A stretch of DNA of 64,000 nucleotides. Origin: Nitrosopumilus sp. Lineage in GTDB: Archaea; Thermoproteota; Nitrososphaeria; Nitrososphaerales; Nitrosopumilaceae. The stretch covers positions 2,327,849 to 2,391,848 of the forward strand of contig CBDBLX010000002.1 in assembly GCA_965207445.1 (NCBI GenBank), written 5' to 3'. Under the pieces are notes generated by a model. The model was not told where the DNA came from. It was given only the letters and a program-made list of their open reading frames with translations, and did not search any database. Positions 54,188-63,141 of the stretch are shown here, piece after piece. The position numbers were made by a program, and so were the translations under genes. Each line of letters begins with the position of its first letter. The first letter of the stretch is position 1.

Positions 54188-55027
54188 ATGTACACTACGG
54201 ACTTTGTTAAGTTGTATTATTTTTACATTGATGAATCAGGCGTCGACACGCTTGTCAAAGATCCAAGAAAGCAGGATTTCGGCTATGATTGGTTTACTAC
54301 GGGTGGACTGATCGTGGACGAGCAGGGCAAAAAGGCGTTCGAAGACGTTCATGCATCAATAATTGATCGATATTTCCACGATAACGGAATTACACTGCCA
54401 GACAGATTCAAACTGCATTATTCGGAATTGAGACAGAAAAAGCACCCATATGACAAGCTGTCGGGCACGGCGCAACGCCACGACATTGCCGACGAGATAT
54501 TCGATGCCATCTGCAACATAGATTGCGCCCTCATCTCCGTGTCCATAAATAAAGTAAAGCACATGGCCCAATACACCCATCCTACAAATGTGAGGGCCTA
54601 TACACTATTGACATGCCTCGAAAGATTCCAATTTTTTCTAGAGGACAGCCAAGACGAAGGCATCACGTACTATGAGTCGTTTACTAACAGCATGAGGAGA
54701 AAGATTATGTCCGAAATGCCTAGCCTGCGATCGATAACACAGCTTCATCCCATATTGAGCAGAATCAAGGGAAAAATGGTGTGAACCAATCTCTGTGCGT
54801 GGAAAATGGCGTTTGATGGATTTTCTAGGCACGGAGCTTGGTTCACACGAAAAATCAAAAACGGAGAACCCCGCACGGATATCCTTCTCCAGATTTCAGA
54901 TTTTTTCGTCTATGCCCCCCACATCAAGGCCATAACGCGCAATGAAAAGCAGGACAGGTGGCACCAGATTCAACACAAATACTACCGCGGCGATGGGTGG
55001 AAGAGAAAGGGATTTGTCATATTATAA
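54188..55027 (+). pseudogene. DUF3800 family gene interrupted by a MITE
   Basis: YIDESG ... LQISDFFVY; removing 54779-54848 plus one TSD restores IKGKIKNGEP. Confidence 0.88.
54779..54848. mobile_element. MITE family C, 70 bp
   Basis: TIR gtgtgaaccaa/ttggttcacac; flanks gaaaaatg / gaaaaatc. Confidence 0.9.
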
Positions 55028-55094
55028 GGCGATCCTTCCGGGTTCTTACCACTTGGTGGCTACCCCCGGTAACATGTTACCATGTAAGACCGTA
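55027..55094 (-). ncRNA. Candidate DUF3800-associated small RNA 2
   Basis: Minus strand: stem CGGUCUU/AGGAUCG (two G-U pairs); hairpins GGUAA/UUACC and GGGU-GCCAC/GUGGU-ACCC; TTTAAA at 55117-55122. Confidence 0.6.
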
Positions 55095-55136
55095 CTTATC
55101 ATACACAACACTTGGATTTAAATTATTCTGAGCGGG

Positions 55137-56172
55137 TAGCGTGTTGCATAACTCGATGCGCATCCTATAGGACGACACCGTTGCAATATGATTCAGCAGG
55201 CTTGCAGTGACACGTGTAAGAGCGCAAGCTACAATGGCCGGATTTGAAGCCTTACATCTTCAAAAATCAAGCATGTTGATCCGGCACTAGGACTCTATTT
55301 GCATCTAGTGCGTAATTATATGCACAAATAGTTGTTTATGTTTATGTTGTTAGAATTATGGTTTCACCTCCTTGCCAATTCGCAGCATTGTGTTATAGGT
55401 GCGGATCTTTAATTTGATCTCTTGGCAGATATTCTCCATCTTTCTTGTCATGACCACACCACCGTATGTTCTCTTGAATGCAGATATCACAATCTCAACA
55501 AGCTAACCGTAGTCCATAATCTACTTGTTTTTTCCAATCTTTGCGGTTTGCCTCACGTTCGGGTTCTGTAAGTGATGCAAATTTCATTGGTGTTGCATCT
55601 GGGCCACCGAGCTGCTCGAGTACCACATTGGATCTAGCGCGGTCAACGCCACGAGCTTTGGTATTTGAGTTTGTCTGAACTCTAATGTTTGGCGTAATGT
55701 CTAATTCTCTACACATTGAGAACATCTTTCTTGTATCAAAACCACCATCAGCAGTCATAGTAATTTTAGGATATGTCTTACTCTTGTGATTTTTTTGCTC
55801 TTTGGCCTGTCTGCGTCGCGCGCCAGGTTCAATATCCATATTTCTGAGGGCGTCTTCTAAAAGGTATAATGGCACATTGTATAGATTAAATACAAATATG
55901 GAGATATGTGTATGTACTCATAAAATACCAAGGCGTCTACCACGCCATGTTTTGCGCGTACACTTTGTAGGCTTGGAAGCACGGCCTGCTTATGGCTTGT
56001 TGTAGGCGTGACTTGACACACCCGCTGGCATCGTAGCTTGAGGCAGACAGTCTTCCTGTCCAGTTTACAGAGCATTTGAGTGGCTTCGAATCGTGTAACG
56101 TAGGTTGCGCGGCTCAGACCACATGGCCACGACCCCAGAGGAGTATAAATTTACGAGTTATGCAACACGCTA
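55137..56172 (-). mobile_element. IS5-family (IS903-like) element, degenerate
   Basis: Perfect 19-bp inverted repeat tagcgtgttgcataactcg; transposase fragment ADGGFDT...WKKQVDYGLR. Confidence 0.85.
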
Positions 56173-56214
56173 ATTGCATTCAAAACCATATATAGCGCCA
56201 TGTCGTACTATACA

Positions 56215-56272
56215 TACGGCCCTGTGTTTTGTATAGAACACGTCGGATACGTATGTGTCCAAGGGACCGCCA
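56215..56272 (+). ncRNA. Candidate DUF3800-associated small RNA 3
   Basis: Close homolog of RNA 1; U-G substitution in GGAUAC/GUGUCC; CATATATA 20 nt upstream; 3' GCCA then UUUUU. Confidence 0.65.
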
Positions 56273-56275
56273 TTT

Positions 56276-57028
56276 TTATAATGAACAGTTTTCGCGTTTG
56301 TAGACGTTAGGATGGTCTAGGTTGTAGTATTTGTGAGATATGGATCTCCACCGGTCCTGCTTTTTTCCCTGCGTCCTTGCCCTTATCAAGACCGAATACG
56401 CAAAAAAATCACTGATCTGAAGGAGGGGTTCTTCTGCAACTCTTGCAAATTTTATCCTGTCTTTAATGCTTGAGAATTTGACAGTCTGGGGGAGATTGCG
56501 GGGCCTAAAGACACGACCATAATTGGTCTGCATAGTTTTGTGAATTTGCTTTGTAACAGATTCATGAATGATTGTTCCCGTACTCTTTTGCTCAAGCAAA
56601 AAGTACTGGAATCGCTCTGTCAGAAACGAAAGTGCTAGTGTCCTCTGTAGTATTTTGTCAATAAGGTTTTTGTATACATAATCCAGATCTATAATACATG
56701 AGATGAGGTGACAGTCTGAACTTGCAATTATGTCAAACATCTCATTTGCAATAACGTACCTAGTGCCGGAATCTAGCGCGTCATATGGAGACACAACCCC
56801 ATTACGCAATCCATGATATGATAACTTGAATGTATCAGGCAGATCAGATCTTGTAAAATGATCTTTAATTATTCTTTGAACTTTTTGCTCAAGTACGAGT
56901 ATTTGATTGGACTCTACAATGACTCCTCCCAACACAAAATATCGATGTTCCGAGTCTGGATGGGTGTTAGGATGATAGTTCTACACATAGCCACTCTCAT
57001 CAATATACAGAGTGTATGTTTTTTGCAT
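56276..57028 (-). pseudogene. DUF3800 family gene with a nonsense codon
   Basis: MQKTYTLYIDESGYV*NYHP; TAG at 56981-56983 where the paralog has CAG (Gln); LQISDFFAY. Confidence 0.9.
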
Positions 57029-57446
57029 CAACAGAGGATATGATTGAGCCTTTAAATGCGTGACGAAAGCAGGCGCCGATCATTGTGTCTAATAAACATG
57101 ATTGAAAATGAGTAAAAAATGTAGGGATGGGGTGTTATTGTAAGCGTCCCGGTTCGCTTTCTGCCGTCGTTACAGGCCCGCTCCCACAGCTGTGTCGGCA
57201 CCCTTTGGGCCCGCTCTAACAGATGGCCCGAGCTCATTGCGGCAGGCTGCACTCCACGAGATGGCACGCGGTATAGCCATCCATATAAGATCATACAAAA
57301 CAGACAGACGGCAGAAAGCGTATGCGGGGACGCTTACAGTATCTCACACACACCCTTTCTTTTTTTATTATCATACTAAAAGGTGTAGTGTGGTTGTGCG
57401 CACGTGCGCAAACGTCCCTTTTATCATATCTGCCATCGGTAATCAA

Positions 57447-57740
57447 ATGGCAATTTCAGAAAAGTCCCCCGAGGACATGAAAAATCTCAAGAGCGGCATG
57501 ATCGGCGTCGTACTGCTGCTGGTGCCAGGTGCGCTGTCGCCTGTGATTATCGCAGAGTTTACCGGTGTTAACCTTGATGACCTCTGCGAAACTGTCACCA
57601 AAGACGATGGTACCACCGAAAAGGTGTGTCTAAAGGACGGTGAGATCAAAAAGAACATCATCAGGGCGCTCGACTACGTGATATATGGCGTCGCAATAGT
57701 CGGGTTTGTCGCGCTGGTTGCAGTGGGCGTAAAGTATTGA
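57447..57740 (+). CDS. Small membrane protein (possibly a VirB2/TrbC pilin-like fragment)
   Basis: Two hydrophobic helices and a Cys pair; family assignment tentative. Confidence 0.4.
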   Translation: MAISEKSPEDMKNLKSGMIGVVLLLVPGALSPVIIAEFTGVNLDDLCETVTKDDGTTEKVCLKDGEIKKNIIRALDYVIYGVAIVGFVALVAVGVKY

Positions 57741-58328
57741 CCTTCAAGGAGATGTTTGCAGTCAGCGCGGCAGCCTCACCATCTGTTTTATTTTACAAGC
57801 TTGGAATGATTCCTGCCGACAACCTGGCGCTGCTGTGGAGGCTGCTTGGGTTCTGGCTGCCGACATGAGCAGCAGACATGGCATATACCGTGAGGTATCG
57901 TGCATACATTGCAGAACGTGAGCAAAATCCGTTGTTGCGCACACGGGCAAGACGGCTGCCTTTACGAAACAAGAGATACGGACTGGGCGCGGCAGTCGGC
58001 GTCATGCTGGCAGCCGAGGTGGTGGTGGCTCTGGTGGCTTCCTTGGTGGTGGTTCGTGAGTTGGATGTGGTATTTGTGGCCTCCGTATCCGGGGTGGCAG
58101 ATGGAGCCGCACATTTGGTCGGCCTGGCGCAGACTGTCGTGTTTATGCGCCGCATCAGAACTACTGGCAGTCTGCGCCATGCCCAGTGGGTAAGGGATTG
58201 CGGGTAGCATGACTCTTTGAGGCGCAAAAATTCTCCACGTTTCATGCTTTGTGTAATGTTATGGCACAGGCCAGACCCCACCCGGTACATGCAAAAAATT
58301 ATCATGCACAATCAACAATCAAAAAATT

Positions 58329-59067
58329 ATGTTTGGCATGTACGTTGACGAGTCCGGCGATCCGGGCAGGCCTCTGGATCAGGATCGCAACGTAATACAT
58401 GGCAGTTCAAAACTCTTCACGCTTGCAGGAATCATAGTGGACGGCAAGGAGAAAGACAGGATTGATACAAACGTAAGAGACTTGGCACTGTCGTTCTTTT
58501 CAGAGTTGGTCGTAAACACAACCAAGATCCACAGCCATCCCCTTCTCCGGCGGGCGCCCCCGTATGATGCACTTTCGAGTCTGGATCGGCACCATCTGGA
58601 GGATGGGATGTTTCGCATAATACAAGATTCTCCATGCACGTTGCTGTCCGTGACGATTGACTTGGTTGCCCATTTTGACAAATACTCGTTTCCCATAAAC
58701 CCAAAAGCGTATGCAATGTTAATTATTCTTGAACGATTCCAATCGTCTCTGGAAGACAAAGACACACGAGGCATAGTAAAGTATGAACGGTTTAATAAGA
58801 TCGAGCGCAAAAAACTCCGAGGTAATGAACAGGCTAAGGCAGATGCTTGCACTGAAACACTATGTGGAAATTGATAACATACGGGGTGACATACAGAATG
58901 GGAATCCATTGAAAGATCCCGTACTCCAGTTGGCAGACTTTTTTGCATATGCGACGCAGGAGATGTACAGGACCAATGGGGACAGGAGTCGCAGGTGGGA
59001 TTCCATCAGGGAAAAATACCACAACATTGATGGTGTATACTATGAATCTGGATGCGTCTATAGATAA
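58329..59067 (+). pseudogene. DUF3800 family gene with a frameshift
   Basis: YVDESGDPG in one frame and LQLADFFAY in another; shift near 58810-58825. Confidence 0.88.
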
Positions 59068-59126
59068 TGTCGGTCCCTGGGCCTCTATGAACCCGTAGCC
59101 AGCAATTGCCACCAGCGGGAGCCGTA
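59068..59126 (-). ncRNA. Candidate DUF3800-associated small RNA 4
   Basis: Minus strand: CGG(C)UCCC/GGGACCG; hairpins GUGGC/GCUAC and GGGUU/GGCCC with G-U pairs; CAAACTTTAAAA 23 nt upstream. Confidence 0.6.
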
Positions 59127-60643
59127 TGGATATAATATCACTATACGTATTTTAAAGTTTGTATTTTTTTTATGTGCATTTATTATGCTGACTGCATAGG
59201 CATCTTGCCATCATCGTGACGGTGCCATCAAAGATGATGCCTTGAGTGGCCGGGACCTTTTATACCACTGACATTAGTGATTATGCAGAAACCCCGTATT
59301 TGGTGGAAAATTGCTAGTTTGCATGCCCGGGCATCATAATCCAATGATAGATGGTAGTTATTTTTCACTTGTCAAGTAGTTTTTTTAAAACGTCAGTTAA
59401 CCCAAAAGTCTTCAAAACAAATGGATTTTTACTTAAATAGACATTAAAATATAGTTATATAAAAACTACCAATCATATAAAATGATTCCATGTATATTTT
59501 TGAGTTGCCATAATTAGTCATTGTGTCTGTTGATAACGTTGTAACGATATTATATGATAATATGCATATTGTGATATTTGTACGTTTAATATGAATGTAA
59601 TAATTAGTAATGTAAGTATGAGAAATTTGGCACAGATCATGTTTTGATTATCTCTATGATGTATTCATTAGGTGGCGGTTTATGTAATGTTTTAAATAAG
59701 GCATATAATAATATGCACATCTTCATATTCAGTTGTGTTACAAGCTGTTCACCATCTCATACTTCAAAAATACCCATTCGTGCGACATGTAAATAATTGA
59801 TCATAACCCAAATATTGTATAGCATCACAGCATACAAAAAGTGAAACGTGCGAACAACGTGATTCTTTGATCGGGTACGTGGCCTAACAGCCTCGATCTC
59901 AGTAGTTCGCAATGTGTTTTAGATGATTTTATTTGAATAATCCGCAATGTCGTTGAACGTTGACGATCATATTTGATCAGATCAAATAGAAAGTATAATA
60001 TGTGGGGACATTTTAGTACCTTTGAACATATATGAAAAATTAGGTACTAGAACATCAATATAAATTAGGACAAGTAAATTATAAAGTTTTACGAAAACGA
60101 TTCGACGATCTCGGACTAGACATATCAACCAGATATAACCGCAAGTATGGGGCGAATGATTATCTTGGTACACTTGTCACCATGTCACTCAACAACATGT
60201 GCGTAAATGCAGCAACGCACAAAAGAAAACGCAATGAGACTAACTATTTTAGAAAAAGTGAGCGCATAAACATACCATCTGAAAATACTGTGCTCAAATG
60301 CCTAAAGAGTGCAGATCTAGAGCAAGTAAAACAATGGGGTGACGAGAACGTCAAAACAATGCTCAGCAATGTCAGAAAACACAACATGCTCAAAAAAAGG
60401 CAAGCACTATTGCAATGGATATGACCGGATGGGAATATCATGGCAAGGCACTCAAACCTGAGATGCTAAAAACAAAGCCCAAAAATGGTACTGCGAGATT
60501 TCATTCATTTATGACAGCACAAATGGTAAATCAAGCAGGTAACATACATTTGTTTGCACATCGTGTGACCAGTAAGGATAAAATGGTCACAGTCATGCGT
60601 AAAATCATTGAAAAATTAATTCGAGAGGATGCACGTCCGGAAC

Positions 60644-60725
60644 GTAACCGTTCAACCCCTTCCCAAATTTAGGCACAAATTTACCGCCTAACGTCTGGCG
60701 CAGGTATAGGGGGTTGAACGGTTAC
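60644..60725 (+). mobile_element. MITE family A with 9-bp TSD (gtccggaac)
   Basis: TSD at 60635-60643 and 60726-60734; empty site in the sister IS at ~52703-52711. Confidence 0.95.
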
Positions 60726-60897
60726 GTCCGGAACTTGGCCTCTTTGATCGGGGTTTTTACAATGTTGCATGCATAGATGAACTTTTGCGCTTGCGCCTGT
60801 CTTTCATAATGCCGGCAATTAAAAATAAGCGCATACAAAAATATATTTTAGAAGTTCACAACAAAAAGAGAAAAACTGCATCAGTCATTGAGATGCG

Positions 60898-61007
60898 TAG
60901 TAGTTTCATTAAAGATCCGATAGTTTTCTAATATTTTGTATTCATAATACATGTTCAACTTCGAGATGAATATCAATCAAAATATCGGATCTTTAATCAT
61001 ATCAGTA
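60898..61007 (+). mobile_element. MITE family B, 110 bp, TSD tgcg
   Basis: Reverse complement of 49516-49625; absent from the sister IS. Confidence 0.92.
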
Positions 61008-61988
61008 TGCGTGATAAAAACAAAAAAGCAGTAAAGTTCACATTACTTGTCGTCAAAAAAAAATAATGCCAAAGAAACTGATAAAACAGTCGATCAGTAT
61101 GTAGCATTTGCCACAAATATGAAAATCACTAGCAAAAGCAAACTCATCAAAACCATCCCAGAGACTTATCGCAAGCGCTGGATAATAGAGACGGGATACA
61201 GAGTGATAAAAAACACGACTCCAAAGCCAACTAGCAACGCCTTGCAGCTTCGATTACTGTTGATATTTTTTGGAATGTTATTATATGGTTTATGGGTAAT
61301 GGCAAGGTACGAAAATTACGGCGGACTTGTAGATGAAAAATTATTCACAATGGATGCGTTTGTAGATTCAATTGCCGGATCAATCAGAAGACTGCTTCGG
61401 TGGGAATTGGAGCACGGTGGTTCCTTACCATTGTAAATCTGTCGCACTGCATAATTAGAAATAAGATCATTAAAAATTGAGCACATTGCGAACTACTGAG
61501 GTGCCACATTCATCACAAACCATGCATTGTAATGGGTGTCATTCTGTGTAGTATAGCATGTTGTGGCAACCCACCATATGTCGTCGTTCCACCACACTTC
61601 ACAAACGATACGTTGATAACATTGACTAGTCAACGTTATTTAGCATCCCCTTTGTACATATTCCAATTATTCAATTGGGATGTCCCTATAAGTAACTTTT
61701 GGTATACGCGCAGATATTTTTATATATGAGCTTATTAAATATATGTACATAGAACTCTGGCGATATTTGCAGATGGCTTTGCAAGTACGATGCAGATAGC
61801 GATTTGATGAATTACGCACCAACCTCGGCGCACTCGACAGGCTGATCGCATATGCATCAAGCATCTTGCGTACCACAACTTTGCGTATTTCCATGCTATC
61901 TTATTATACGCCTGCATATATAAAGATATTGTAAGTTAATCTAGTAAACACAGCGCTTAAAAGTAGTGTCCCATAATAAGACAGCATC

Positions 61989-62222
61989 ATGGCACTGATA
62001 ATCAAAACGTCAAGGGGAGTCAAGTACCTGTACTTTCAGGCGGGGCCAAAGTCGTTGTACATTGCGCCCAAAGACGATCCGTCAAAGGCCAAAATAGAGA
62101 ATGTGAAAAAGGCAGTAGAGTACACCAAAGAAAGGATCAAGCACTATGACGAATCTCTTGATGAACTCTTAAAGTTTTTACCAGCCAAAGAACGTAGGCA
62201 GCATGTGAGGCGGTCCATATGA
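61989..62222 (+). CDS. Small basic hypothetical protein (putative DNA-binding)
   Basis: IKTSRGVKYLY beta-hairpin-like start followed by a helix; overlaps the next gene (ATGA). Confidence 0.65.
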   Translation: MALIIKTSRGVKYLYFQAGPKSLYIAPKDDPSKAKIENVKKAVEYTKERIKHYDESLDELLKFLPAKERRQHVRRSI

Positions 62223-63121
62223 ACACTGACCAAGATGTTGCATCAGACATACAGTTATTTACAAAAAATGGAAAAAAGTTTCAAAAATTAGACGAGCGCA
62301 AGTTCAAACATGAATCTGAGTTACAACACATGATAGAAAGTAACATGTACAGCATACTTGGGATTGAGTATATCAATAGCGAATTACGCGTAAATAATTT
62401 TCGCATAGATACTGTTGGATTTGATCGTGACACAAAGTCATTTGTCATAATAGAGTACAAACGAGACAAGAGCTATTCAGTAGTCGATCAAGGTACGGCA
62501 TATCTCAATATTTTAAAAGAAAACCAAGCCAATTTTGTACTTGAATATAATAAAAAATTCAAATGTTTTTTAGAAAATAAAGACTTTGACTGGGAGCAGT
62601 CAAAAGTCATCATAATAGCTCGTACGTTCAATGCACATCAAAAACAAGCAGCCAATAAACCAGATTTACGTATAGAACTTTATGAAATACGTCGATATTC
62701 AAAAGATACAATATTACTCAATACAATTCATAAAGTTAAAAAAATTATTAAAAAACCACATAAAAAACGACCCAAAAAAAATCAACCAAATAACACACTA
62801 GAGATAAAAAAAATGGTCAAGAAAATTGAGAATAATATCATGGCACTTAATGTAGACATACAAACCAGAACTAAAAAATTCTGCACGGTGTTCAAGTTAC
62901 AACGTAATTTTGCATGGGTTGAGCCATGGAAAAACAGCATTGACATAACTTTTTCAGGCAGTTTGCATAAAATTAATGATCCTAAAAAAATGATTGAAGA
63001 TGTATCGAATATTGGACATCATGGTGGCGGAAATTTACGAATTAAAATAACAGAAGAATCACAAATACCACATATGATAAATATAATTGAACAAATACTC
63101 AAGGGGATGAAGGTACAATAA
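62219..63121 (+). CDS. NucS-like PD-(D/E)xK endonuclease fused to a DUF5655-like domain
   Basis: ESELQ..IE.N, RIDTVGFD...VIIEYKR; C-terminal DVSNIGHHGGGN. Confidence 0.8.
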   Translation: MNTDQDVASDIQLFTKNGKKFQKLDERKFKHESELQHMIESNMYSILGIEYINSELRVNNFRIDTVGFDRDTKSFVIIEYKRDKSYSVVDQGTAYLNILKENQANFVLEYNKKFKCFLENKDFDWEQSKVIIIARTFNAHQKQAANKPDLRIELYEIRRYSKDTILLNTIHKVKKIIKKPHKKRPKKNQPNNTLEIKKMVKKIENNIMALNVDIQTRTKKFCTVFKLQRNFAWVEPWKNSIDITFSGSLHKINDPKKMIEDVSNIGHHGGGNLRIKITEESQIPHMINIIEQILKGMKVQ

Positions 63122-63141
63122 ATCCCCATAAAGACTTAGAA

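Larger units (their letters stand above)
45821..57222. mobile_element. Tandem integrative elements at the tRNA-Arg 3' end (att copies at 45821, 49424, 57201)
   Basis: 22-bp ccctttgggcccgctctaacag occurs three times; the first two are followed by homologous integrase remnants. Confidence 0.8.
59900..61498 (+). mobile_element. ISH3-like IS, degenerate, carrying two MITE insertions
   Basis: TIRs cagtagttcgcaatgtg; YRKRWIIETGYR; inverted relative to 52066-53432. Confidence 0.9.

Noticed and set aside
55403..55414. ggatctttaat as another MITE-B end
   Set aside because: Lies within IS5 transposase coding sequence with no partner end; likely chance.
56981..56983. Pyrrolysine or readthrough TAG in DUF3800 copy 3
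   Set aside because: Single C>T from the paralog's CAG, no pyl genes seen, and sibling copies are also decaying.
57793..58311. Overlapping ORFs in a GC-rich patch
   Set aside because: No recognisable motif; the coding frame cannot be determined; probably a gene remnant.
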